A stretch of 64,000 bases of DNA from Spirochaetales bacterium. GTDB lineage: Bacteria > Spirochaetota > Spirochaetia > JABEVK01. This document shows, piece after piece, positions 49,437-58,813 of the stretch. The translations under genes and the position numbers were made by a program. The notes under the pieces are model-generated. The model did not search any database and was not told where the DNA came from. It saw only the letters and a list, made by a program, of their open reading frames with translations. Each line of letters opens with the position of its first letter. Within the stretch, counting starts at the first letter, position 1. The DNA lies in NCBI GenBank assembly GCA_037142615.1, contig JBAXAI010000017.1, positions 13,437 to 77,436 on the forward strand, in the 5' to 3' direction.

Positions 49437-50576
49437 CTAGCGAAGGACACTGGTCTCGAACACGACCGGTGGCGTTCCGTCGACCTCGAGCGTGTCATGG
49501 CTGTTGGCTCCGTAGTTGACTAGATCAGGGTCGTATTGGTAGGTCGTGTTCTGCAAATTGGCGGCGACAACCAGTGACGTCAGTCCTGACGCATTCGTGA
49601 GGTCGACATCTTCGTTCATTCCTACGACCAAAAAACAGCGGTAGTCACAAGATCCGGTATCTCCAAGCGGGTCCGTCGATCCCAAAGGGTCGACAATAAA
49701 GTCGATTCCTAGCGCAGAATTGGGCGCGGTACTGGCGTACTTGGTCAGGTAGTTGTAGAAATAGCCGCCGACGGTCGCTTGATCAACTCCTGAGTTTGCA
49801 GAAGCGACTGCGATCATTGAGTTTATTTCCGTGTTGAAGGGGTCAGCCATCCAATCCGCCGCACTCGATCTTGATCTTGGGTCAACCATGGAAGGGGCGT
49901 TGAGACCGGGGTAGTGGTTGCGAGGCGTTACAAGGTATGTGAAGTTTTTGCCAACAACCGAAGCGGGAACGAACATGATGTAAGCGATGCCACTGAAGTA
50001 GCCGGTAGAATCAGTGCCGTATTTGAGCCAGTGATCCGGCAACGTAGCGTAGTACCCCGCAGCCTTGTACGTATTGCCCTTATATGTGAATGAGATTAGG
50101 CAATCCTCGACTCCTGGGAAGTTGCCAGGCACGGATCCATAGACCGCTGGCATCAGCATGAGCGCTTCGTTAATCACCTGGCCGGAGAGACTGGCGCCAT
50201 ACGCGTAAAAGGTTCTCGGGGTACTGGAGTTGGTCATTGTGGCCCAATCCGCCGGGTTGCCCACGCCGCCCGCGGAGAGCGAAAGCGTGATGGGCGTTAC
50301 CGTGTTTGAACCATTCTGACTGACAAAGACCGACGGGTTATTGGTGACAACGCCGACATTCATCACAATGTCTGTCGGTGGGACAGTTGCGACTGCCTTT
50401 GTAACCGAGTCAGCTTGTCCGAAAACCAGTTCGAACATGGGAGTTTGATTCGCTTTCTCGTCTGAAACCGGCGAATCGGAAGGTCCATTCGGACCTAATC
50501 CTGATCCGGTGCCTAGGTCGCCGCAACTAGCTAGCAACAGCACGAAACCAAAGGCCCAGATTACCGTACGTTTCAC
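49437..50576 (-). CDS. Hypothetical lipoprotein, lower GC than flanks
   Basis: AAGGAGAGG RBS, lipobox LLLASC, G/P/S-rich tether. Confidence 0.85.
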   Translation of the reverse strand: MKRTVIWAFGFVLLLASCGDLGTGSGLGPNGPSDSPVSDEKANQTPMFELVFGQADSVTKAVATVPPTDIVMNVGVVTNNPSVFVSQNGSNTVTPITLSLSAGGVGNPADWATMTNSSTPRTFYAYGASLSGQVINEALMLMPAVYGSVPGNFPGVEDCLISFTYKGNTYKAAGYYATLPDHWLKYGTDSTGYFSGIAYIMFVPASVVGKNFTYLVTPRNHYPGLNAPSMVDPRSRSSAADWMADPFNTEINSMIAVASANSGVDQATVGGYFYNYLTKYASTAPNSALGIDFIVDPLGSTDPLGDTGSCDYRCFLVVGMNEDVDLTNASGLTSLVVAANLQNTTYQYDPDLVNYGANSHDTLEVDGTPPVVFETSVLR

Positions 50577-50803
50577 TTCCCTCTCCTTGCAAACTCGCCG
50601 AAGGACCCCACGTTAGGCTCAGACAGGCTGAGTTGGAACGATTTCAAGCTGCCGCGAATCCCTATCGGAAAATTCAGCAAGTTTACTTAATTTTATCCCC
50701 ATTAGGACCCCTGTCAACTCTCTTACCAAGCACTGCGCAAGCTAAGGCAGATCGGTTGCCTGATATTCCATGAAGTCTCGACGGCGACGGGAAATGCGGG
50801 AGC

Positions 50804-52009
50804 CTACTCCACCAGCAGTTGCAGCCAGCTGACGTCGTCGAGACGCGGGACGGCCCCTTGGTGCGCCGCCAGCGCGGCAAGCAGGGTCTCGGGCAACGCC
50901 TGGGGGTTGCCGGGCGCGCTGGCCAGGCGCCACACGCTGGCGTCGCCGAACTCGTGGCCTTCGGCGCTGACCTGCTCGGTGAGCCCGTCGGTGTACAGGC
51001 ACACCAGGTCGCCCGGCTGCAAGCGCAGGCGGTAGAGCGTTGGCTCGAGCCCCAGATCGATGCCCAGAGGCAAGTTCATGTTGGGGAACCGCAGGGGTCG
51101 GATCTTGCCTTGGCGGACGAGAAACGAATGCCCATGGCCCATGTCGGCCAACGTGAGCTCGCGGTTCTCGGCGTCGTAGGTGAGAAAAATGCCTGTCAGG
51201 TACTTCTCGAGGTGAAACGTGTGGATGAGGGCCTCGTTGACCTGCAACAGCAACCGCTTGAGCCCTTTGCGAAAGTCGTAGAACCGCAGCACGCCCCACA
51301 ACAGAGAGGTGAGAATGGACGCCGCGACGCCCTTGCCCGAGACGTCGCCAAGAGCGACGAAGACCTTCTGACCGCCGAGGGGAATGACGTGGTAAAAGTC
51401 GCCGCCCAGGCCTTTGGCCGAGTGCGAGAACGCCTGGGTGAACCAGCCCAGTCCGCTTTCGCCGGAACGCAGGGGAACCAACCGCACCTGGAGCTGGCCG
51501 GCGAGCGCGATGTCTTCCTGCGTCATCCGCGAAAGCCAGGTGAGCAGGTCTTTCGAGGTGAAGATGCCCGTGAAGCGTCCCTCAGCGTCGTTCAACAAGT
51601 AGTACTGGACCGTGTGGGCCTCGAGGTCCTCACTCAATTCCTCGGCAACGGTGAACAGGTTGGCATTCTGGTCAAACGACCGCACCGCCTCGACGACCGA
51701 GCTGGCCGCCTTTCGCGAAAGGACCTCGACGCCAAAGGGCTTGCCCAGCAGGCGGAACAGGTGCTCCCGGGTCACGAGGCCAAGAGCCTTGCCTTCCGCA
51801 TCGATGACGCCGACGGCCTGACGGCTGGGTTCCTGAAATAACCGGGCCAGTTCGTCGACCCGGCAGTCGGCGCGCACGCCTTCGAAAAGGTCCGCGACTC
51901 GAACGAGGCTGGTGCCGTAGACCCGTCCGGGACGCGTGCTGATAAGAGCGGCCGAAGGCAACGCTGTGGAGGGAGGCAGGACGTCGGGAGGGGCGCTGAG
52001 GGATTCCAT
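50804..52009 (-). CDS. CBS-pair + PP2C (SpoIIE/RsbU-type) phosphatase
   Basis: Two CBS-like repeats, GGDFY, GDVSGKG, YTDGLTE, DDVS. Confidence 0.9.
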   Translation of the reverse strand: MESLSAPPDVLPPSTALPSAALISTRPGRVYGTSLVRVADLFEGVRADCRVDELARLFQEPSRQAVGVIDAEGKALGLVTREHLFRLLGKPFGVEVLSRKAASSVVEAVRSFDQNANLFTVAEELSEDLEAHTVQYYLLNDAEGRFTGIFTSKDLLTWLSRMTQEDIALAGQLQVRLVPLRSGESGLGWFTQAFSHSAKGLGGDFYHVIPLGGQKVFVALGDVSGKGVAASILTSLLWGVLRFYDFRKGLKRLLLQVNEALIHTFHLEKYLTGIFLTYDAENRELTLADMGHGHSFLVRQGKIRPLRFPNMNLPLGIDLGLEPTLYRLRLQPGDLVCLYTDGLTEQVSAEGHEFGDASVWRLASAPGNPQALPETLLAALAAHQGAVPRLDDVSWLQLLVE

Positions 52010-52031
52010 GACGCGAGGCTGGTCCGACAGC

Positions 52032-52085
52032 GTGAGATTTTCATGAGTTGGGCGCGGGAAAACGCAATTCTCATCAAAAGGTAAC
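52032..52085. promoter_or_regulatory. Two divergent PHO-box-like repeats
   Basis: Minus: CTCAT-N6-CTCAC (52047-52032), N10, CAGCCT. Plus: CTCAT-N6-GTAAC (52070-52085), N10, CAAGTT. Confidence 0.6.
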
Positions 52086-52119
52086 GGCTTGGGCGCAAGT
52101 TGCCCGCAGGAGGAACCTC

Positions 52120-52461
52120 ATGCAGATGGACTTTCAGCCCGGGCGCAGGCCGGACCAGCTGGTCACCGTGCTCTCAGGAGACCTGGACCTGTACGTCGCC
52201 CCGGCGTTCGCTCAGGCCGTGACGAGCCGCATGGACGCCGGCGCCTCGCGTGTGGTCATCGACTTCGGCGAGGTCAACTACCTCGACTCTTCTGGGGTCG
52301 GGGCCCTGATCCGGCTGCTTCAGAAGGCCAAGCTGCTCGGAGGGGAACTCCGCGTTGCCCGCCTGTCGGGAACGCCCCGCAAGGTGCTCGAGATGAGCAA
52401 CATCCTCTCAATCCTCAAGACGGTGCCCGACGTCGAAACGGCCTTGCAGGGCTGGACGTAA
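52120..52461 (+). CDS. STAS anti-sigma factor antagonist
   Basis: LSGDLD, YLDSSGVGAL phospho-Ser motif; AGGAGG RBS. Confidence 0.92.
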   Translation: MQMDFQPGRRPDQLVTVLSGDLDLYVAPAFAQAVTSRMDAGASRVVIDFGEVNYLDSSGVGALIRLLQKAKLLGGELRVARLSGTPRKVLEMSNILSILKTVPDVETALQGWT

Positions 52462-52462
52462 C

Positions 52463-52987
52463 ATGACGCCTTTCATCATCCGCAAGTTGATTGTCGACGA
52501 CCGCAACGAACTCTTTGAGGCCCAGGGAATGCGGTACCAGGAGTTTCCGTCAGACCTCGGCCGCGTGCGGGACTATGCGGCAGAGATCCTTCGGGACTGC
52601 CCCGACGCGTTTCGGGAGGGCAACCTGCTCGAGCAGCAACTGTCGGAACTCCTCAAGAACGGCATCAAACACGGGAATGGAAGTGATCCGTCGCGCGCCC
52701 TCAAGGTGTGGTTTGACCTGCGCAAGCGCGCCCGGTTCATCGTCGAGGACCAGGGCGAGGGTTTTGTCGGCCTCGAGGAATGGAACGCCTTCTTCCAGCG
52801 CCGGCAACGCGCGCTCTACGAGCAGGACTTCGACGCCTTCTTGAGCCTGGCCTCGTACCGGGGGCCTCACTCGGACGACACCGACGGCGGCAATAGCCTC
52901 ATCGCGGCCCTCGAGTACTGGAACGGCGGCATGATCTACAACGGCAAAAAGAACAAGGTCGGCGTGGTGCGCTGGTTCTCGGCCTGA
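52463..52987 (+). CDS. Anti-sigma/RsbW-like HATPase kinase
   Basis: SELLKNGIKHGN N-box, VEDQGEGF G1 box, atypical G2 (GGNSL). Confidence 0.82.
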   Translation: MTPFIIRKLIVDDRNELFEAQGMRYQEFPSDLGRVRDYAAEILRDCPDAFREGNLLEQQLSELLKNGIKHGNGSDPSRALKVWFDLRKRARFIVEDQGEGFVGLEEWNAFFQRRQRALYEQDFDAFLSLASYRGPHSDDTDGGNSLIAALEYWNGGMIYNGKKNKVGVVRWFSA

Positions 52988-54784
52988 TCACTCGCTGTCT
53001 TCAGACAGCTTGAACTGGTCGGTGAGCCCACGCACCGTGGAAACCGAGGTCGCCATGGTGTGAGCGACGTGTGAGAGGTTTTCCACCACGCCGTCGATTT
53101 CCCGGGCACCCGTGTCGATGAGGTGGGTACTTTGCTGGATCTCCAGGCTGAGCTGCACCAAGCGGGTCATCTCTTCGAGGATGGTCTGTGTGCCGAGGGT
53201 CATTTCCTCCGAACCAGACGCGATTTCGCTCGAAAGGCCTTGGATGTTCGCGAACACCGTGAGGTTGCGCTCGTTGCTTTCGAGCTGGACCACCAGCGTT
53301 TTCTGCACTTCGTCCTGGAGGCCCGCGACCTCGGCGATCTGCTGCGCGATGACCGTGAAAGCCTGGCCCGACTCGGCGCTGGCCGCGTCGACCCGCCGGA
53401 TTTGCCCTGTGATGTCCTTGAGCACACTGGCGGTTTGACGAGCCTGGGTCGAAGCCAACTCCGCCAGCTTGCGCACCTCATCCGCGACCACGGCGAACCC
53501 CTTGCCGGCGTCGCCAGCGTGCGCGGCCTCAATGGCAGCGTTCATGGCCAGCAGGTTGGTCTGGCTGGCGATCGAGGTGATGACCTCGTTGGTCTCGAGC
53601 AGGCTGGCTGACTTGCCGTTGATGTCGCGCACCAATTCCAGGACGGTCTCCATCTTTTCCTGCCCTTCGGAGGATTCCTGCTGAAGGAGCCCAAACTGAT
53701 GGGTCGACTGCTGCACCTTCTCTGCCAGCGACCGCAGTTCGACAGCCATGGTGCGGACAGTCTCCGCAGCTTGCTGGACCTCACGGCTTTGGGTCTGCAC
53801 GCTCTGATGGAACGACGCGACGTTCTTGTTGATTTCTTCGACCGAGGCCGAGGTTTGCGTGATCGACGCGCTCTGAGCCGTCACCCGATCGAGCACGTTG
53901 CCGATGTTGCCGGCAATGGAGGAGAGCGAGGTCACCGTCGCTTCGGTAGCCAGTTCGAGTTGCTGCGAGCTGGAGGTCAGGCCGATCGTCGAACTGCGGA
54001 CAGCCTTGAGCAGGTGGTCGAGCTTGCCGGTAAACGCGTTGAAGAGCCTGCCCAGTTCGCCGAACTCGTCGCGCCGGCGCTCGTCAAGCCGCCGGGTCAG
54101 GTCGGCTTCGGCGCCGGCCATTTGTCCCAGAAGCGTGGTCTGCGCGCGCAGCGGGCTGAGTGCCGAACGCCGGGTCCAGAATTGCAGGAGCAAGCCGACG
54201 AGCACTCCGAACAGTCCGACAACAAGGTTGACTTTGAGGCTCAGATCGCCGAGGTCCCGGTAGGCCTGGGCGTGAGTCTCGACCTGAGCCCGAAACGACT
54301 CGCCCAGCTTGAGGAAGTTTTTGCGCATCACGTTTCGCTGCAGGTCCATGTTGCGGTCGATGCGGCGAAGTTCGTCGCTCAGGTTGGCATTCTTCTTGAG
54401 CAGCGGCAGCAACGAACCCTCGACGATCTCGGTGAGGTTCTCGAACGCAAACTTGGCGGTGTCGTACAGGTCCTGGTCGTCGGGGTTCTCCCCGAGGAAG
54501 GCCGCGAAGTCGTCCAGACTTTTCGCCACGGCGGCCTTGGAGTCGGCCCAGTCGCTGTCGGGGGTATCGCTGCCGTTGATGATCAGGTCGGCGATACGGC
54601 TGTAGATGACCTCGCCCAGGCGGGAGTTGGCGATGGCCGCCGTCGCCGCCTGCGTCGAGGCCTGTCCAGCGGCTTGTTCGCGGTTGAGCAGGGTTGTCGT
54701 GACAAACTGGCTGCCGATCAACACGATGACCAAAAGCATCGAAAGTAGCGAGCTCGCCAGCAACTTCACGCGTAAGGTGACCAT
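52988..54784 (-). CDS. Methyl-accepting chemotaxis protein
   Basis: 2 TM, helical sensor, [41 protein letters not shown]. Confidence 0.95.
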   Translation of the reverse strand: MVTLRVKLLASSLLSMLLVIVLIGSQFVTTTLLNREQAAGQASTQAATAAIANSRLGEVIYSRIADLIINGSDTPDSDWADSKAAVAKSLDDFAAFLGENPDDQDLYDTAKFAFENLTEIVEGSLLPLLKKNANLSDELRRIDRNMDLQRNVMRKNFLKLGESFRAQVETHAQAYRDLGDLSLKVNLVVGLFGVLVGLLLQFWTRRSALSPLRAQTTLLGQMAGAEADLTRRLDERRRDEFGELGRLFNAFTGKLDHLLKAVRSSTIGLTSSSQQLELATEATVTSLSSIAGNIGNVLDRVTAQSASITQTSASVEEINKNVASFHQSVQTQSREVQQAAETVRTMAVELRSLAEKVQQSTHQFGLLQQESSEGQEKMETVLELVRDINGKSASLLETNEVITSIASQTNLLAMNAAIEAAHAGDAGKGFAVVADEVRKLAELASTQARQTASVLKDITGQIRRVDAASAESGQAFTVIAQQIAEVAGLQDEVQKTLVVQLESNERNLTVFANIQGLSSEIASGSEEMTLGTQTILEEMTRLVQLSLEIQQSTHLIDTGAREIDGVVENLSHVAHTMATSVSTVRGLTDQFKLSEDSE

Positions 54785-54870
54785 TCTATCTCCATTATCT
54801 CCATAATATAACAAGCGGCGAAGAAAATGAAAAGTGGGGTAAAGTTGGGGACGGCTGACCCCAAAGGAAA

Positions 54871-54895
54871 CGGGTCCGGCTCTTTGCCGGACCCG
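54871..54895 (-). terminator. Terminator after ugpB-like gene
   Basis: CGGGTCCGGC/GCCGGACCCG 10-bp stem followed on the minus strand by TTTCCTTT. Confidence 0.7.
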
Positions 54896-54912
54896 CCTCG
54901 GGGAACGCCGAG

Positions 54913-56250
54913 CTAGTTGGTCAGCGCGTTGTACTCGGCGAGCTCGGAGCTCGACTTCTTGGCGGCATCATCCAGGGCCGCCTGGGCGGTAGAGAACTTG
55001 CCCGACAGGAACTGGTCGATGGCCACCTGGGTGTTGGCCCGCGACTTGACGAAGGTGCCGAACGCGGCGCCCTGCGTGGCGGGCAGCGCCGGCGAGTCAT
55101 GGAGCTGGTCGACAGCCACCTGGAACTGGGGGTACTGCGCCAACGTGGCCTTCATGTCGGCCTGGGCGTACGACGCCTTGCGGACGGGGTAATAGCCGGT
55201 GCTCGAGGCGAAGAAGGCCTGGGTCTCGGGCGAGGCGGCGAACTTGGTGAAGTCCCAGGCGCCGGCCTGCTGTTCGGGGGAGCCGGTGCTGGTGAGCCAC
55301 AGCGACGCGCCGCCGATGATGACGCCGCCCTTGGCGCCGGCTGGCCGCGGGAAGTAGGCCACGCCCACGTCGACGCCCTTGCCAGCGGTCTTGGCGTTGG
55401 TGAGGTAGCCGCGCAGGCCCGCGATGCTCTGGACAATGATCGACACTTCGCCGTTGACGAAGGCCGAGTCGCGGGCGGTGCTGTTGGCGCCGCCGTCCAT
55501 GCCGTAGCTGCGCGCCACGCCGTCATCGAGGGTCTTCTTGAGGAAGTTCAACCAGCTGACGCCGGCGGCGTTGTTGAAGGTGAGCTTGGTGGCGCGGTCG
55601 GTGCGGCCGTTGTTCGGGTCGGCGTACAGGGCGGCCTGGAGGGCCAGCTGCTGCTCGAAGTACCAGCCGTAGATGGTGTAGCCCAGGCCGTAGCGGGTCA
55701 CGTTGCCCGAGGCGTCCTTCACGGTGAGTTTCTTGGCCGCGGCAAGCAGCTCGTCGTAGGTCCAGACCTTCTTGTTGAGGTCGAGACCGGCGGCTTTGAA
55801 CGCGGTGCGGTCAAAGTACATAACCGGTGTCGAGGTGTTGAACGGCATCGACCAGAGCTTGCCGCCGAGCGTGTAGTAGCTGGCCACGGCGGGTTCGAGG
55901 TCGCTGGCGATATCGAGCTTGTCGCGGGTGATGAGGTCACCAACGGCCACGACCTTCTTGGTGTCGATCATGCGCTGGGTACCGACGTCGTACACCTGCA
56001 CCACGTTGGGCAGTTCACCGCCGGCGAGGCTGGTGTTGAGCTTGTTGATGGTGGCGTCGTAGTCGGGCTGGCTGACGGCCTCGACCACGTACTTGGTCTG
56101 GCTGGCATTGTACTTGTCGACCACCTGCTTGACGACTTCGCCGTTGAAGCCGGTGAGGCCGTACCAGAAGGTGATTTTGGTCTGCGAGAAGCCCAGGGGG
56201 GCGGTGGCAAGCACCGCGAGCCCGAGGGCGAGACGGAACAGGTTTTTCAT
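54913..56250 (-). CDS. ugpB: ABC substrate-binding protein, UgpB-like (glycerol-3-phosphate/glycerophosphodiester)
   Basis: [33 protein letters not shown]; context with permeases and GDPD. Confidence 0.8.
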   Translation of the reverse strand: MKNLFRLALGLAVLATAPLGFSQTKITFWYGLTGFNGEVVKQVVDKYNASQTKYVVEAVSQPDYDATINKLNTSLAGGELPNVVQVYDVGTQRMIDTKKVVAVGDLITRDKLDIASDLEPAVASYYTLGGKLWSMPFNTSTPVMYFDRTAFKAAGLDLNKKVWTYDELLAAAKKLTVKDASGNVTRYGLGYTIYGWYFEQQLALQAALYADPNNGRTDRATKLTFNNAAGVSWLNFLKKTLDDGVARSYGMDGGANSTARDSAFVNGEVSIIVQSIAGLRGYLTNAKTAGKGVDVGVAYFPRPAGAKGGVIIGGASLWLTSTGSPEQQAGAWDFTKFAASPETQAFFASSTGYYPVRKASYAQADMKATLAQYPQFQVAVDQLHDSPALPATQGAAFGTFVKSRANTQVAIDQFLSGKFSTAQAALDDAAKKSSSELAEYNALTN

Positions 56251-56272
56251 TGGTTATCTCCCTTGAGCCTGC

Positions 56273-56347
56273 AGTCTGCCCGGCTCGCGTGAGTTTCGCG
56301 TTTGGCGCCGATGAAACTGCGTCAGGGGACTGTGAGGAACTGGTGAG
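56273..56347 (-). promoter_or_regulatory. PHO-box-like array and -10 for ugpB
   Basis: CTCAC, CTCAC, CTGAC, TTCAT, CAAAC, CTCAC at ~11-bp spacing, then N10 and CAGACT. Confidence 0.7.
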
Positions 56348-56353
56348 GTGGAC

Positions 56354-57175
56354 CTAGCCCTTGACGGCACCGGCCGTGAGGCCTTCCACAAGCTGCCGCT
56401 GCCCAAGGAAGAGCACCAACAGCGTAGGCGCCAGCACGATGAGCGTGGCCGCCATGGGCAGGTTGAAGCTGGCGATCTCGGACGAGCGGAAGGCCGTGAT
56501 GCCCACCTGCGTCGTCCGCCACTCGGAGTGGTCGATGACCAACAGCGGCCAGTAGTACTGGTTCCAGGTGTTCAGGAAAGCCCAGATGGCCAGGGTCGCC
56601 AAGGCCGGCTTGATGAGGGGCACGAGGATGCTCCACAGGAAACGTCCGTGTCCGCAGCCCTCGAGCACGGCGGCCTCCTCGAGCTCGTGGGGCACCACCA
56701 ACAACGCCTGCCGGAGCAGGAAAATGCCGAAGCCCGAGGCGAGAAAGGGCACAATGAGTGCCTGGTAGCTGTCCTTCCACCCCCACTTGGCGATGGTCAG
56801 GTAGTTGGGAAGGATGGTGCTTTCCCACGGAATCATCAGGCTGGCCAGGAACAGAAAGAAAAAGAAGGTGCGCCCGCGAAAACGGAACAGGGCCAAGGGG
56901 TAGGCCGCGAGCAGCGACACCAACAACTGACCCGCGGTGACGGTGAGGCTCACCACCCACGAGTTGAGGATCCAGCGGGCCATCAGCGGCTCCTTCTGGA
57001 AGACCTGGACGAAGGCGCTTGGGTCGAGCCGCGAGAAGTCGGGCACCAGGCGCGGTGACACCGTATCCCCCTGCACGGCGATGCTCAGGGCGAACAGGAG
57101 GGGCAGCAGGATCAGCGTCGCGGCCAGGGTGAGGCCGGCGTACAAACCAGCCAGCTTCCAGGGGAGGGCTTTCAT
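56354..57175 (-). CDS. ugpE: ABC permease, UgpE-like
   Basis: ELEEAAVLEG EAA loop, WNQYYWPL. Confidence 0.82.
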   Translation of the reverse strand: MKALPWKLAGLYAGLTLAATLILLPLLFALSIAVQGDTVSPRLVPDFSRLDPSAFVQVFQKEPLMARWILNSWVVSLTVTAGQLLVSLLAAYPLALFRFRGRTFFFFLFLASLMIPWESTILPNYLTIAKWGWKDSYQALIVPFLASGFGIFLLRQALLVVPHELEEAAVLEGCGHGRFLWSILVPLIKPALATLAIWAFLNTWNQYYWPLLVIDHSEWRTTQVGITAFRSSEIASFNLPMAATLIVLAPTLLVLFLGQRQLVEGLTAGAVKG

Positions 57176-58044
57176 TGGTAGTGCACCCGGCCGTCGAAGC
57201 AGTACTGCGCCAGCGACAACACCAGCAGCAGCGCGAAGAGCACCACCGACAACGCTGCCGCGAAGCCATAGTTGTTCTCGGTCCAGAACGCGGTGAACAG
57301 CGCGAACACGAGCACGTTGGTTGATCCGTCCGGGCCAACGCTGTCGATGAGCACCTTGAACTGCGTGAAGGCCTGGAAGGCGCCAATGGTCGACGTGATC
57401 AAAAGAAACAACAGCGTGGGCGTGAGCAACGGCAGAGTCACCCGCCAAAAGGTCGTCCACGCGTTAGCGCCGTCGATGCGGGCGCTCTCCCACAGGTCCT
57501 TGGGGATGGCCTTCAGGCCGGCAAGCAGGATGATGAAGGCGAAGCCCAGGCTGGTCCAGATGGTCATGGCCGCCACGGCCGGAAGCGCTGTCGCGGCGTC
57601 GGTGAGCACGTGGTCGAACAGCTTGAGGCTGGGGCTGTAGAACAGCGACCAGATGACCCCGGCGCTGGCGAGGCTGATCGCCAGGCTCGAGGTGAAGATG
57701 GTGCGGTAGACGCCAATGCCCTTCACCTTGGCGCTGGCCAGCAACGCCAGACCCAAGGCCAAGATCAGCGTCAGCGGTACCACCATGAGCGTGAACTGGA
57801 ACGTGGTGACAATGCTGCGCAGCCATTCGTCGCCAAGGGCGGTGTCGCCCACGTTGAGGATGCGCTGGTAATAGCCCAGGCCAAACCACTTGGCCGGTTC
57901 GAAGGTGTTGCGGTCGACCAGGAACAGCGACAGCTGGATCGCCCTCGCGAAAGGCAGAAAAGAGAACACCGTGAACAGGACGAGCGCCGGGGCCATGTAG
58001 GCCAGCGCCAACCAGGGGATGTGGCCGCGTCTGGTGGTGTGCAT
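57172..58044 (-). CDS. ugpA: ABC permease, UgpA-like
   Basis: LAGLKAIP..LWESARIDGA, TLPLLTPT. Confidence 0.82.
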   Translation of the reverse strand: MHTTRRGHIPWLALAYMAPALVLFTVFSFLPFARAIQLSLFLVDRNTFEPAKWFGLGYYQRILNVGDTALGDEWLRSIVTTFQFTLMVVPLTLILALGLALLASAKVKGIGVYRTIFTSSLAISLASAGVIWSLFYSPSLKLFDHVLTDAATALPAVAAMTIWTSLGFAFIILLAGLKAIPKDLWESARIDGANAWTTFWRVTLPLLTPTLLFLLITSTIGAFQAFTQFKVLIDSVGPDGSTNVLVFALFTAFWTENNYGFAAALSVVLFALLLVLSLAQYCFDGRVHYQ

Positions 58045-58050
58045 GGCCCT

Positions 58051-58093
58051 ACGCTAGCCGCGCCGCGTGAGGATCCCGTCAGGAAATGGTGAG
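58051..58093 (-). promoter_or_regulatory. PHO-box-like array and -10 for ugpA (overlaps parA stop)
   Basis: CTCAC-N6-CTGAC-N6-CTCAC-N10-TAGCGT-N6-ATG. Confidence 0.72.
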
Positions 58094-58813
58094 GATCTCG
58101 TGCCAAAGGGCCCCGTAGAGCTCACTGACCTGCCGACTTCGTCTCCACATGCGGGTCTGGCTCTGGTCGAGCGTACGCTCGATATCGGCAAGCAGGGGGA
58201 CCGACGCCCGGAGAAACCCGGGCGGAGGAGCCTCGAGTAGCTGGCGGTGAGTGCCTTTTCGCCGGTCTACCATCGACAGGAAGGGGGCCAAGAGTGGGGG
58301 GTGGCGGTCGAGCTCGCTCACGAACCCGCGGACCTGTTCCCAGGTGCGGAAGCCCAGTGCCGAGGGAACTACCGGCACCACCAGCGTGTCGGCCGCACGG
58401 AACAGGGCCTCCGAAAGCAGGGTGAGCCCCGGCGGACAGTCGAGGAAGATGACGCCAAACTGCTGCCGCAGCGGCTTGAGCCAGTCAGAGAGCAGTTTCC
58501 GGGCGTGGCCCTGCTCCTGCAGCATGGTGTCCCAGTGGCGGAACGACTGGTCGCAGGGAATCAACGCAAGGTTCCCGATGGCGGTGGGGCGAACTTCGGA
58601 GACCCAGTCGCGCTTGCCGGCCAGCAGTTTGCGGGCCGAGACCTCGGTTCCGGTCTCGTGCCGCAGGAAGTACGAGGCGGCGCCCTGCGCATCGAGGTCC
58701 CACAACAAGGTGGGTACGCCCAACAGGGCCGAGGTCCACGCGAGGTGAACCGCGCTGGTCGTCTTGCCCGACCCCCCTTTGCTGGTGTAGACGGCGTACA
58801 CTTGGGTGTTCAT
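58079..58813 (-). CDS. Orphan ParA/MinD-family ATPase
   Basis: Deviant Walker A KGGSGKTT, WDLDAQG, FLDCPPG; ATGA overlap with the upstream gene; no parB nearby. Confidence 0.92.
   Translation of the reverse strand: MNTQVYAVYTSKGGSGKTTSAVHLAWTSALLGVPTLLWDLDAQGAASYFLRHETGTEVSARKLLAGKRDWVSEVRPTAIGNLALIPCDQSFRHWDTMLQEQGHARKLLSDWLKPLRQQFGVIFLDCPPGLTLLSEALFRAADTLVVPVVPSALGFRTWEQVRGFVSELDRHPPLLAPFLSMVDRRKGTHRQLLEAPPPGFLRASVPLLADIERTLDQSQTRMWRRSRQVSELYGALWHEILTIS

Noticed and set aside
50577-50803. Possible riboswitch upstream of the lipoprotein
   Set aside because: A GCAAAC...GAAGG fragment is on the wrong strand and lacks the rest of a c-di-GMP aptamer; no convincing structure.
54785-54850. PHO-like box upstream of the MCP
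   Set aside because: Short repeats are present (TATCTCCAT twice) but they do not match CTCAC-N6 with 11-bp period.
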